From Deltaproteobacteria bacterium (GTDB lineage: Bacteria; UBA10199; JADGCS01), in contig JACKPK010000010.1 of NCBI GenBank assembly GCA_024233595.1, positions 2,373-66,372 on the forward strand: DNA of 64,000 nucleotides, read 5' to 3'. Positions 9,941 to 19,595 of this stretch are shown one piece after another. Each line of letters opens with the position of its first letter. The stretch's first letter is position 1. The notes beneath the pieces were generated by a model, which made no database searches, was not told where the DNA came from, and saw nothing but the letters and a program-made list of their open reading frames with translations. The translations under genes were made by a program, and so were the position numbers.

Positions 9941-11587
9941 TTAGGTACTTAGGGTTCTCTTTCCCATTTCTGCTATCACCACAAAACTAAGAGACAAAAG
10001 AATCATCGCAATGAGCGCAATAAAATAATCTGGAGAGTCTTTTAATTGCATGACAAGTTCATCATTAACGCTGGCAAAAAGCGCGTGGGTGAGTTGATAA
10101 ATGAACGCGCAGGTTGTGGTGATCATCATGATGATGCCAGGGATCAGAGTGTACCAGGAAGATTTTTTGTTTTTTATGAGCCAAGCGCTAGCCACCAGCA
10201 AAGATAATCCTGCGATCAATTGGTTTGCTGTGCCAAAGGCCGGCCAAAATTTAGACCATTGTCCGCTTAGAGCAAGCAAAGCTGCCAACAAGACCACAAG
10301 CATGGTGGCAATGTATTTATTTTTGATGTGAAACAAGTCCATGGTCAGGTAGCGTGCTATGCGTGTGGCGCTATCAAGCGTTGTGAGGATAAAGGTGTTG
10401 AGCGCTAAAATAGCAAAGCCGCTTGCGTAGTCGCCCAGTAAAAAAGAACTTAGGTTGCCAAAGCCTTGTCCAAAGGCAGCAATGGGGCCACCTTGGCCGA
10501 GTGTGCTTTTTAAATCACTGCTGCTTAAACCGGCCGCCACACAAATCAAAACCAAGACCGCCACCAAGCCTTCTGTGAGCATGCCGCCGTAACCAATGCG
10601 GCATGCGTGGGTCTCGCGATCAATCTGTTTGCAGGTGGTGCCTGAAGAAACCAAAGAGTGAAATCCCGAAATGGCCCCACAGGCAATGGTCACAAAGAGC
10701 ATCGGGAAAAGAGGGCCCGCGCCTTTCCATTCGCTAACAGGGTTCCAAGCGTGAAACGCTGTGTTGGGTAGCGATGGCGCGTTGTAAAAAATACCGATCA
10801 GACCAATCAGGATGGTTCCAAAAAGTAAGAATGACGCCAAGTAATCACGTGGTTGTAAAATGAGATTCACAGGCGTCACAGAAGCGATCAAGCAGTAAGC
10901 GAGTAAAATCAAAATCCAAAGGTTTTGCGCGCTCAAGAATCCCATGTCGGGTAAGCTCAAAGGCATGATGTTACCACCAATCAAAAGAAGAGCGAGCAAA
11001 GCAAGGCCAATGAAAGTGGCCAAAAGGTTGTTCATTTTTTTAGCGTACAACAACCAGCCTGTGAACATAGCCGCTGGGATCAACCCTGTGGCAGGAACAA
11101 CGGAAGTGGGATCCATGTTCAGTGTTTTTGCGCCAAAAATGGCGAACACGGCCACAACCAGAATCACAAGAATCCATATGAACCAGGAAAAAAACAAGCG
11201 CGCGCGATTCGAAATGGTGGGGCCAGCGATTTCGGCAATGCCTTCGCCTTCGGAACGCATGCTCACAACCAGAGAAGAATAATCGGCAACAGCGCCCATG
11301 AGCGTGGCGCCTAGTAAAATCCAAATGAGCGAAGGCGCCCAGCCCCAGTACGCGACTGCCAGCACAGGTCCGACGATAGGGCCTGCCCCACAAATAGAAG
11401 AGAAGTGATGCCCAAAAAGCACAATCCAATTTTTGGCAGGCATGAAATCTTCCCCATCGTATTTGCTGTGAGCTGGGGTGATGTTGCGGTCATCGATGTT
11501 GAATTTTTTATCTAAAAAAGAGCCATAAAGTTTATAGGCCAGGCCAAAAACGCCCAAGGAGAGGGCAAGGATGATTGCAGCATTCAT
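9941..11587 (-). CDS. cstA: Carbon starvation protein A (peptide/pyruvate transporter family)
   Basis: 548-aa polytopic membrane protein with N-terminus 'F..HHFSSI.GAGPIVGPVLA..YGW.P' characteristic of CstA. Confidence 0.85.
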   Translation of the reverse strand: MNAAIILALSLGVFGLAYKLYGSFLDKKFNIDDRNITPAHSKYDGEDFMPAKNWIVLFGHHFSSICGAGPIVGPVLAVAYWGWAPSLIWILLGATLMGAVADYSSLVVSMRSEGEGIAEIAGPTISNRARLFFSWFIWILVILVVAVFAIFGAKTLNMDPTSVVPATGLIPAAMFTGWLLYAKKMNNLLATFIGLALLALLLIGGNIMPLSLPDMGFLSAQNLWILILLAYCLIASVTPVNLILQPRDYLASFLLFGTILIGLIGIFYNAPSLPNTAFHAWNPVSEWKGAGPLFPMLFVTIACGAISGFHSLVSSGTTCKQIDRETHACRIGYGGMLTEGLVAVLVLICVAAGLSSSDLKSTLGQGGPIAAFGQGFGNLSSFLLGDYASGFAILALNTFILTTLDSATRIARYLTMDLFHIKNKYIATMLVVLLAALLALSGQWSKFWPAFGTANQLIAGLSLLVASAWLIKNKKSSWYTLIPGIIMMITTTCAFIYQLTHALFASVNDELVMQLKDSPDYFIALIAMILLSLSFVVIAEMGKRTLST

Positions 11588-11641
11588 AAATTGGCATCTG
11601 AGCAGCTTGTGTTTGGGATGTCAATTGAGTAGAAAAAAACA

Positions 11642-12382
11642 ATGCCGACCAAAAGTTCTTATCAAGTCTTGGAAGAAAAACTAAAAGCGACCTTGTTTCC
11701 AAATGGGGAATACACAGAGTTGCCATACAACTATGGTTATCGCGATGACATCCGTGATGTTTGTATAAAGAGAATGATTCAGAATGCGCGCGCTCTTGAT
11801 GAAGAAGGTAAAAAAGAGTTTGTGCGGTTTGTTTTTTTGGATGGCATTTTGGCAAAAAACGCAAAGGCGCAAAGACAAGCAGAGTACCCGCATTGGGTCT
11901 TTTTGGAAGATTTATGCAAGCACGATGCGCTTTATTTATTAACATGGACTCAGTTGGTTGAGCAAAACAAACAAAAGCTATTGGCTTTGCCAGGTGCTTA
12001 CCAAGGAGTGCATTGGCATTCCTTTGCGGCGTCTCTAGGAACTTATCAGGATCATGAGCTGGTTAAAAATTCTTCTTATTTAAATGTGCTGCATGAGTTG
12101 GCTTTGACAAGCAAGATGGCAAAAGAAGTGATGGCAGCACTTTTTTATTATGACCGCGATTGGGTTTATGAAAACTTAGAACAAATTTGTACTACCACAC
12201 CAAAGGTTTTGGATCTTTTGGTGACGTTCATACAGAGGCATAAAGAAGATAAGAGTAAATGGATTCCAGAATTATTGAAATGTTATTCGAAAATAGAAAT
12301 CTTGAAGCAGGCTAAGGATCATTATTTTGTAAAAAAACATATTTCTGAATGGGAAGATTTTTTTTCGTCATATTCAGATTGA
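11642..12382 (+). CDS. Uncharacterised cytoplasmic helical protein, paralog 1 of a tandem family
   Basis: 246 aa with no signal peptide or TM segment. It shares conserved blocks with the next two genes ('HW..F', 'D.DW..(E/D)N'). Confidence 0.6.
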   Translation: MPTKSSYQVLEEKLKATLFPNGEYTELPYNYGYRDDIRDVCIKRMIQNARALDEEGKKEFVRFVFLDGILAKNAKAQRQAEYPHWVFLEDLCKHDALYLLTWTQLVEQNKQKLLALPGAYQGVHWHSFAASLGTYQDHELVKNSSYLNVLHELALTSKMAKEVMAALFYYDRDWVYENLEQICTTTPKVLDLLVTFIQRHKEDKSKWIPELLKCYSKIEILKQAKDHYFVKKHISEWEDFFSSYSD

Positions 12383-12386
12383 TGGT

Positions 12387-13163
12387 TTGGTAGAAAGCTT
12401 TATGGCAAATCTTTTTTATCCCTTTTTAATAGAAACGCAGCTTGAGGATAGGTTTTTTACAAAGATCAAATATGATGACAGTATTGCAAAGCTAAATTCT
12501 TTTTCGGAACCAGATTTGGATATCATAAAGCAGATTATCCATAATCTTCTTAAATTAGGAGATGAAGAAAAACGAGAAGCAGTGGGGATGATTTTTGAAT
12601 TTAGCAAAGATCCCAAATGTGTGGCTTGTTTTCGGCAGCGTAATTTTTTTCTTTGGGATCTATTAAGAGACCTGTCTCGCAAAGATATCGAGTTTTATCT
12701 TGCTTGGAACAAGTTAATTCATTTGAATTCAGATTGGTTGCAAGATTTAGATCTTAAATATCAAAGGGAACATTGGCAGCGTTTTTCTTCTTGTTTTCGT
12801 TTTTACGAAAATGATCAAAAAAAAATGAAGTCTGTGAAAGAAACTTTGCGGAAGCGAGCGCAAAACTCAGGTGATCAAACAGAAGGGTTGCTCATATTGT
12901 ATAAATGGGATCACGACTGGTTGTTAGACAATCTATTTTCGGTGATTCAAGATTCTAAAAAAAAGCTCAAGTGCATTGTTTCTTTTTTGTGTTTTGTGAA
13001 TAAAAAGGTCGATAAATTTGTGTGGGTTCGAAAAATTTTAGAAGATTGGGATGTGCCTGCTTTGAAAAAGGCTTTGCAGACAAATTTATTGGCTCAATCT
13101 GATAAAGATAAGCGTAAAAAATTAAGAGAAGAGTGGAAAGAAGTTTTGCAGAAAGTGATTTGA
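12387..13163 (+). CDS. Uncharacterised protein, paralog 2 of the tandem family
   Basis: 258 aa, with a TTG start at 12387 or ATG at 12402. It has 'REHWQRFSSCF' and 'KWDHDWLLDNL' blocks matching paralog 1. It starts 5 nt after the paralog 1 stop. Confidence 0.6.
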   Translation: MVESFMANLFYPFLIETQLEDRFFTKIKYDDSIAKLNSFSEPDLDIIKQIIHNLLKLGDEEKREAVGMIFEFSKDPKCVACFRQRNFFLWDLLRDLSRKDIEFYLAWNKLIHLNSDWLQDLDLKYQREHWQRFSSCFRFYENDQKKMKSVKETLRKRAQNSGDQTEGLLILYKWDHDWLLDNLFSVIQDSKKKLKCIVSFLCFVNKKVDKFVWVRKILEDWDVPALKKALQTNLLAQSDKDKRKKLREEWKEVLQKVI

Positions 13164-13781
13164 TGAAACCTCAAATGGATTATTATTGTCAGTTGGAAGA
13201 ACGTTTTAAACTAAGTTTTTTTAAAACAAATCAGTATCACTATCCTGGTGAAGAAAAATATGAGGTAGGCGAGGCTTATTTTGTTAGGGCGATTGTTTAT
13301 AATGCCCATCAAATTGAAGGGGTTTCTGAAGATGAGATTATGAATTGGTTTTGTCGTGATTTTTTAGAGTGTTTAGAATCAAAGGATACAACAGATAATG
13401 CACCACAATGCATTGTGATGGGTGATCTTTCCAATGATTCGGTGTGGCTTTTGCCGTGGATTAAATACACGATTCATAACAAAAAAGTTAAAAAATGCCT
13501 CTCAAGTTGGGGTTAGAGAGTATTGGAGGTGTTTGTCTGCTTGTTTTGATCCAAATTTAGCTTTGAAGGAGCCTGTAAAGCATGAATTTTTAGAATTGTT
13601 GCGCGAAATTGCTTTGAGTGGTGATATAGCGACATCAGTTTTATGTTCTTTGTCAGAAAAGGACGGCGACTGGTTTTGTGAAAATGCAGCGAAGATTTCT
13701 TCACAGTCATCAAAGGTATCAGAGTTTGTTGATTTTTTTATTCAGCAACGCAAAAAAGAAAAATCAAAACAAGGAAAATAA
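13163..13781 (+). pseudogene. Paralog 3 of the tandem family, split by a frameshift near 13490-13515
   Basis: ATG 13163 overlaps the paralog 2 stop (TGATG). The N-terminal half is in one frame (to 13516) and the C-terminal half ('VREYWRCLSACF', 'EKDGDWFCENA') is in another (to 13781). The switch falls within A-runs 'aaaaaagttaaaaaatg'. Confidence 0.55.
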
Positions 13782-13782
13782 A

Positions 13783-14178
13783 ATGGCCGATCAACCTTAC
13801 CCGATTCACCCTAAGCTCGATGAACTCATTCAGCAGTTTAAGAATTTTAAAAACCAAACCTTTCCTCGTGGCATGCCGGCACCAGTCGATCATTGGAAAC
13901 CGCTTTTGCAGCAGGTCACCAAATTTGAGGCCAAGATCATCAAGCTTGCTAGTGATTACATGGGTGGGTCTAAAATTGCCGAACAAGATCTGCAAACTCC
14001 CAGCAGCATGAAAGAGGTGTTTTCGTCTTTTCGCTCACGTGGTGGTGATGACGATGCTTTTTACAATGAGTTGCGCGAGTACCGCGATCAGATCGAAGTT
14101 GTGGCGCAATTGGCAGAAGATTGCATTCATGAGCTAGGCAACCCATGCTCGCAGTATCGTTTGTTGGAAGATGCTTAA
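13783..14178 (+). CDS. Uncharacterised 131-aa protein, last gene of the tandem-paralog operon
   Basis: ATG 13783 lies 1 nt after the paralog 3 stop. No recognisable motif. Acidic and predicted helical. Confidence 0.5.
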   Translation: MADQPYPIHPKLDELIQQFKNFKNQTFPRGMPAPVDHWKPLLQQVTKFEAKIIKLASDYMGGSKIAEQDLQTPSSMKEVFSSFRSRGGDDDAFYNELREYRDQIEVVAQLAEDCIHELGNPCSQYRLLEDA

Positions 14179-14262
14179 ATCTTACGGGGATAGATTTGTG
14201 GTGTAAATATAAAGTTCAATTTTAGATTTGCACTTTTTCAAAAAAAGCTTTAAAATTCAAAT

Positions 14263-15414
14263 ATGTATGACCGTAAATTAGAGAGCTTTGCAAAAAAAAT
14301 TCATAAACAATACCCCATTTTAACCATCATTGGTCCTCGGCAAAGTGGGAAGTCGACTTTTGCACGTAAAGTGTTTCCAAAATATCATTATGTATCTTTA
14401 GAAACCACAGCAGACAAGGAACTTGCCCAAACAGATCCCAAGGGTTTTTTTGCAAAGTACCCGGCTCCTCTCATTATTGACGAAGTCCAGCGAGTGCCAC
14501 AGCTTTTATCGGACTTACAAACACTGGTGGATCAACCAGGTTTTAATAGTCATTACATTTTAACGGGCTCGCATCAGTTGCTCTTAATGGAAAAAGTCTC
14601 GCAGTCTCTTGCAGGGCGAACAACCATACTGACCTTGTTGCCGTTGTCACTGTTTGAACTCAAACAAAAGAAAGTCCAGAAAAACATTGATGTGAGAATT
14701 TTCACAGGCGGCTACCCTCGTATTTATGATCAGAGCTTAGATCCTGGTCAATGGGTGAGTCAGTACATTCGAACCTATGTTGAACGTGATGTTCGTGCTA
14801 TTGCGCAACTAAAAGACTTGGATATCTTTCAGAGGTTTTTGGCATTGTGTGCCGGCCGTGTTGGACAAATTCTTAATTTTGATTCTTTGGCAAATGATTG
14901 TGGGATCACAGGGCCAACCGCTAAGGCTTGGGTGTCTATTCTGGAAGCGTCTTTTTTAGTTTTCCGTCTAAATCCACATCATAAAAATTTTGGCAAACGA
15001 GTGATCAAATCTTCTAAGTTGTATTTTTATGATACGGCTGTTTTGTGTTCCTTGCTTAAGATCAAAGAACCCGATCATCTCAACGTACACCCCCTAAGAG
15101 GTTTTATATTCGAGAATTTCGTTATTCTAGAAAAATTAAAAACTTTACTTAACAAAGGTGAAGAACCTCAGTTTTATTTTTGGAGAGACGCTAAAGGCAG
15201 AGAAATCGATTTGGTAGAAGACCGTGGTTTGTACTTGTTTCCTACGGAAATCAAAGTGGGTCAAAGTTTTCAAAGAAGTTATTTGGATCATTTAAAATAC
15301 TTTAACAGTTTGCAGAAGATAGAAAACCAAGAAGAATTAGGAGAATTGGTTCTTGGTGGCGATGAGAATTATAAGACGGAAGGTTATTCTGTCCATTCTT
15401 GGTGGGATGACTAG
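14263..15414 (+). CDS. AAA+ ATPase with C-terminal DUF4143 domain (COG1373-like)
   Basis: 383 aa with Walker A 'GPRQSGKST' and Walker B-like 'LIIDEVQ'. The family pattern 'YFWRD..G.EIDLV' is present in the C-terminal domain. Confidence 0.8.
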   Translation: MYDRKLESFAKKIHKQYPILTIIGPRQSGKSTFARKVFPKYHYVSLETTADKELAQTDPKGFFAKYPAPLIIDEVQRVPQLLSDLQTLVDQPGFNSHYILTGSHQLLLMEKVSQSLAGRTTILTLLPLSLFELKQKKVQKNIDVRIFTGGYPRIYDQSLDPGQWVSQYIRTYVERDVRAIAQLKDLDIFQRFLALCAGRVGQILNFDSLANDCGITGPTAKAWVSILEASFLVFRLNPHHKNFGKRVIKSSKLYFYDTAVLCSLLKIKEPDHLNVHPLRGFIFENFVILEKLKTLLNKGEEPQFYFWRDAKGREIDLVEDRGLYLFPTEIKVGQSFQRSYLDHLKYFNSLQKIENQEELGELVLGGDENYKTEGYSVHSWWDD

Positions 15415-15435
15415 GTATGCAAAAAATGTTTTAGA

Positions 15436-17121
15436 TTAAATTTCGCGGCAAACGCGGACAGCCTCGGCAAGCGATGTGACGCCTTGAGCGACTTTATCAA
15501 GAGCGTCTTCCCACATGCTTGTAAAACCTTGGTCGCGCGCAAGTTTTAATAATTCCACTTCGCTTTTGTGATTATTAATCGCATCACGAAGTTCGTCGTC
15601 TACGGCCACCACTTCAAAAATTCCCAAACGACCCGAGAAACCAGTGTTGTGACAGTGTTCACAGCCTTTGCCGTGATAAAAGGTTTGCACTTTATCGCCG
15701 GCCTTTTCGCGTTCTTCGGCGGTGGGTTCGTGCGTTTCTTTGCAGTGCGAACAGATTTTGCGAAGCAAACGTTGCGCCATCATTCCAATGAGCGAGTTCG
15801 AAAGCAAATAGGTTTGCAGTCCCAAATCCTTTAAGCGTGTGACAGTGCCCAGGGCTGAGTTGGTGTGCAATGTCGAAAAAACCAAGTGGCCAGTCATGGC
15901 GGCACGTGCGGTGATGTCGGCTGTTTCGCTATCGCGGATCTCGCCAACCAAAACAATGTCGGGATCATGGCGCAACATAGAACGCAAAGCATTGGCAAAG
16001 GTGACGCCGGCTTTTGTGTTTACTTGGGCTTGATTCACGCCAACGATTTCGTTTTCGATAGGGTCTTCGATAGAGAGCGTGTTTTTCTCGTTTAAATTGA
16101 GTTTGTTAAAAGCGGTGTAAAGCGTGGTTGTTTTACCAGAACCGGTTGGTCCTGTGACCAAGAAAAAACCATGTGGTTGTGTGATGATGTTCTCGAAGAT
16201 CTCTTGATCTTTTTTTGAAAGGCCGAGGCTGTCTAAGGTGAGCCCAACATCTTTGGTGAGAACGCGGATAGAAACTTTTTCGCCCCACATGGTGGGGTAG
16301 GTGGCGATACGCAGGTCAACAATGCGATTGCCAATTTGCACGCGTGTGCGGCCATCTTGAGGGATGCGTTTTTCAGAAATATCCAAGTCAGCCAAAACCT
16401 TAATGCGCGAAAGCACTGCCAGTTGTAATTCTTTATCGACTGTTTGAATGTCGTGCACAGTGCCATCAATACGAAAGCGCACGCGTAAACCACTGGCGAT
16501 GGGATCTAAATGAATGTCGCTGGCTTTTTCGTTAAGCGCCATTGCCAAAATGTTGTTGGCAATGTTCACGACTTCATCACCGTTTTGAATGGAGTCCTGG
16601 CCCAGGTCATCCATGATTTTGCTAAAGTTGGTGATTTGTACGGTGACATCGCAAGGCTGATTCAAACTTTCGACAGCGTAATTTTTTAAAATGGCTTCCG
16701 AAATGTGATCATCCACACCCAAGCAAACTTCGATTTCCCCTTGGTAAAGACGCATGAGCTCTTCAAGGGCGGATTGATTGCGAGGATCTGCCATGACAAT
16801 GCGTAAGCGCTCTCCATCCATGGCAAAGGGAAAGAATTTGAATTGGCGTGCTGCGTGCGCGGGAATTTTTTCGAGAGCGGCCTTGTCGATTTTTTCGTTA
16901 CTGGGATTGACAAAAGGCACGTCTAAGTCATCAGCAATGAGCACCGTGATGGCGTTTTTATCAAGCTTGCCTGCGGTGATTAGAAGTTCAATCAATGAAA
17001 AATCAGCATTGCGTTTTTGATCGGCGCGCGCCTGTTCTAAATCGGCACTTTGAATCAAGGCTGCTTCCACAGCTTTGTCGATTTTCTGATCCCATTCTTT
17101 CCAGAGCGCGTATTTAGCCAT
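15436..17121 (-). CDS. GspE/PilB-family type II secretion / type IV pilus assembly ATPase
   Basis: 561 aa with an N-terminal T2SSE_N-like domain and Walker A 'GPTGSGKTTT'. Also 'VGEIRD', 'TGHLVFSTLHTN' and the tetracysteine motif 'CSHC...CEHC'. Confidence 0.9.
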   Translation of the reverse strand: MAKYALWKEWDQKIDKAVEAALIQSADLEQARADQKRNADFSLIELLITAGKLDKNAITVLIADDLDVPFVNPSNEKIDKAALEKIPAHAARQFKFFPFAMDGERLRIVMADPRNQSALEELMRLYQGEIEVCLGVDDHISEAILKNYAVESLNQPCDVTVQITNFSKIMDDLGQDSIQNGDEVVNIANNILAMALNEKASDIHLDPIASGLRVRFRIDGTVHDIQTVDKELQLAVLSRIKVLADLDISEKRIPQDGRTRVQIGNRIVDLRIATYPTMWGEKVSIRVLTKDVGLTLDSLGLSKKDQEIFENIITQPHGFFLVTGPTGSGKTTTLYTAFNKLNLNEKNTLSIEDPIENEIVGVNQAQVNTKAGVTFANALRSMLRHDPDIVLVGEIRDSETADITARAAMTGHLVFSTLHTNSALGTVTRLKDLGLQTYLLSNSLIGMMAQRLLRKICSHCKETHEPTAEEREKAGDKVQTFYHGKGCEHCHNTGFSGRLGIFEVVAVDDELRDAINNHKSEVELLKLARDQGFTSMWEDALDKVAQGVTSLAEAVRVCREI

Positions 17122-17316
17122 AATAGAGTATTTTGGACTAAAAAGAGGTGGTAGGCAACTGTTTAAACCTCTTAGATTGGCATTGATTTTATTTAACGAG
17201 ACAGAACATTCATAGACTTTTCTCTAGACGCAGCTTCATTTCCCCGAAACAATCCCGTAACAGTTTTTTAACAATTAACCTTAAAGCCGCCAGGCATTTT
17301 CCCAAAAGGAGTCAGT

Positions 17317-18348
17317 ATGGTGTTTTCCGTTTCACGTTCATCTCAGGTCAAGGTCATTGATCCCGTGTATGATGAGCCGCAAGTCAATTCGAGTGAATCA
17401 AGTTATGTTGCCGATCAAGCGGCAACAAAGAAGACTTTGAATGTTAGAGATGAATATATAGCAGACGGGAATCTGGACACAGGTCTGGGCACCGAGATCG
17501 CGCCTTATTGTGCAGCTGATGAAACTGTCACATGGACAGAAGCAGTCGATTGCGATGGTGTCGATGCCATTGTTGAGGTTAGGGGCAAGCGAAAAATCAT
17601 CATTCCAGAAGAAGAGCGTCGTAAAGAAGTGATTCAACAGGTCATGCCATCGGTGGCTCGCATTACCGTGTCGGGGCCTTATACAGATCCTCAAACAGGT
17701 GAAACTTTTGCGGCTCAAGGCATGGGCTCTGGTTTTTTTGTGGATCCTGCAGACTTGCCCTTAGAAGGATTTAAACCAAGAGCGGGTTACTCTTATGTGC
17801 TCACCAATTATCATGTGGCAACAGATGAAGATTTGGACATTCAGAGTTTAACCGTAGAACGCTTTGGTGAAGAAGCTCCTTACATGGGTGATGAGGGCAC
17901 AACAGGATTGATTCTGGCAAATCCAGATTGGGACATTGCTTTGCTCGAGGTCTACACAGGTGATGCGGATATCCCGACGGTTGAGTTTGGGGACATCAGT
18001 GATGTTGAGCAGGGTGATTCGGTGTTGGCCTTTGGGCAACCACGTGGGACTTATTTTAGAGTGACCTCTGGTATTGTGAGTAGCCCCACAACTGACCCTA
18101 TGGGTGTTATTCAAACAGATGCTGCAATCAACCCCGGTAATAGTGGTGGTCCATTGGTTGATTTAGCGACTGGTCGTGTGATTGGCATGAACTCATTTAT
18201 CTATGTGAATTCTGATAACATGGGTTTTGCTTATTCAATCTGGATGCAGCTTGAGGCTTTGGCTGATACTTGGGAAAAAGGTAATTCCATTCGCAAACGC
18301 ATGTATGATTTTTGGAATGATCAAGTTGGTTCTGATTTGAATAGCTGA
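17317..18348 (+). CDS. Trypsin-like (S1C/HtrA-like) serine protease without PDZ domain
   Basis: 343 aa with catalytic-triad contexts 'TNYHVA', 'DIALLEV' and 'GNSGGPL'. An AAAGGAG RBS precedes the start. Confidence 0.8.
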   Translation: MVFSVSRSSQVKVIDPVYDEPQVNSSESSYVADQAATKKTLNVRDEYIADGNLDTGLGTEIAPYCAADETVTWTEAVDCDGVDAIVEVRGKRKIIIPEEERRKEVIQQVMPSVARITVSGPYTDPQTGETFAAQGMGSGFFVDPADLPLEGFKPRAGYSYVLTNYHVATDEDLDIQSLTVERFGEEAPYMGDEGTTGLILANPDWDIALLEVYTGDADIPTVEFGDISDVEQGDSVLAFGQPRGTYFRVTSGIVSSPTTDPMGVIQTDAAINPGNSGGPLVDLATGRVIGMNSFIYVNSDNMGFAYSIWMQLEALADTWEKGNSIRKRMYDFWNDQVGSDLNS

Positions 18349-18594
18349 TTATTTTGAAGTGAGAGCAACGGGGTCGTGTCTGAAAAATTGGGTGTTCTCA
18401 GCAAGTTCTGTTTGTTCCAAAAGTGGCTTGTTGGAGTCGAATTTTTTAAGGCGACCCATTGCGATTTGATCGCGGGCTTTACTGGGCGTGGCTTCCATTT
18501 GGTCGGGATGATAGTCATAAAAATAGACAGTTCCCACCAACGCCGAGGCCATGACAATGGCCATTAAGGTTGTGCCTAAAATGAATAATTTCAT
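18349..18594 (-). CDS. Small membrane-anchored protein (81 aa)
   Basis: N-terminal hydrophobic helix 'MKLFILGTTLMAIVMASALVGTV'. No recognised family. Confidence 0.4.
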   Translation of the reverse strand: MKLFILGTTLMAIVMASALVGTVYFYDYHPDQMEATPSKARDQIAMGRLKKFDSNKPLLEQTELAENTQFFRHDPVALTSK

Positions 18595-18845
18595 AAAAAT
18601 GTTGTCGTTGTTAAAAGATTGATCAGCAGCTCATAGGGCAACTTAAAAAGCAATGCTTGTGCCAGAAAAGGCGAGGAAAATTCTCTTCAAAATTTGAACA
18701 TTTACTGTTGAGTCATTTCTTGTGACGGCAAGATTTCCCGGGTTAAGCTTACCCAATAGGAATATTCTGACTATTGACGAATGCCTTGTTTTTTTGGGTG
18801 CGGGAAGATTCGATGCTTAGTTTTGAAGTGATAGTCTTTTTTGAT

Positions 18846-19595
18846 TTATTCTGAGTTGATTTGACAGGTCGCGTCTGTTTCCTGATCAATTGTTTCGCCA
18901 TCTTCATCGGTGCAGCTGGCACTCACCACCACCTCGTTGATATCTAAGAAAATAGTGCAATCCACAGTGATGCTGTCGCCATCTTGAGAGAAATTGAATG
19001 TGCCATAAATCTCAGGTTGATACAGTGGGTCTCCGTTTTCGTCGACACGGTTGCGATAAATTCCCGAACTACCAGCTTGCATGGCGAAGGTGGTGGTTTC
19101 TGAACCGTCGCTGCACTGTCCAGGCACATCGGCATCGATCTCAAAGGCTGCAAAACGTCCGTTGTCGTCTGGCCCCAGTCCAGGGTTGTCTGTGCCATTG
19201 GGAAGCTGGCAGAAATCCTCTTCGCTCACAGTCATGCTTGACCCTATAGCACCGTAAGTTCCAGGGTCCGTGTAAAATGTTGAGGTGATGTTATCGGGAT
19301 CTGTGTCCGCGGCAACAATTTCGCAGGTGCAGCCAGGGTCATCTTCGGCACATTCTGAAAACTGGCCGTCATCCTCTGGGTCTTGGTTTTCCGTTTGCAT
19401 GCGAATCAGAAAATCAGCGACAATTTGAGCGTTTTCTTGGTTACCAAAAACAGAGGCTACCAGAGCGGCTGCTTTTGTGGTGGCTGTGGGGGTGGGTGGG
19501 TTTGACACGCCAGTGCCTATGCTGCCGCCACAGTTCACAAGCAATAAAACAAGAAGGGCGCTGGTTAAAATTAAAAATCTAAAGATGGAAGTCAT
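18846..19595 (-). CDS. Acidic Cys-rich lipoprotein, paralog A
   Basis: 249 aa with signal peptide and lipobox 'LLVNC'. The C-terminal ~130 aa align with the 20768-21511 product ('AGSSGI(Y/W)RN', 'YQPEIYGTF', 'DCTIFLD'). ATGA overlap with the upstream regulator gene. Confidence 0.7.
   Translation of the reverse strand: MTSIFRFLILTSALLVLLLVNCGGSIGTGVSNPPTPTATTKAAALVASVFGNQENAQIVADFLIRMQTENQDPEDDGQFSECAEDDPGCTCEIVAADTDPDNITSTFYTDPGTYGAIGSSMTVSEEDFCQLPNGTDNPGLGPDDNGRFAAFEIDADVPGQCSDGSETTTFAMQAGSSGIYRNRVDENGDPLYQPEIYGTFNFSQDGDSITVDCTIFLDINEVVVSASCTDEDGETIDQETDATCQINSE

Noticed and set aside
11040-11429. Antisense or shadow ORFs inside long genes (for example 11040-11429, 10944-11282, 5621-5905, 6211-6537, 43533-43849, 43827-44168, 61433-61981, 57298-57987)
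   Set aside because: Each lies entirely within a well-supported gene on the opposite strand or in another frame (cstA, TRAP permease, FHA protein, ktrB, rnhB/tonB). Their compositions are skewed or low-complexity and they carry no motifs.
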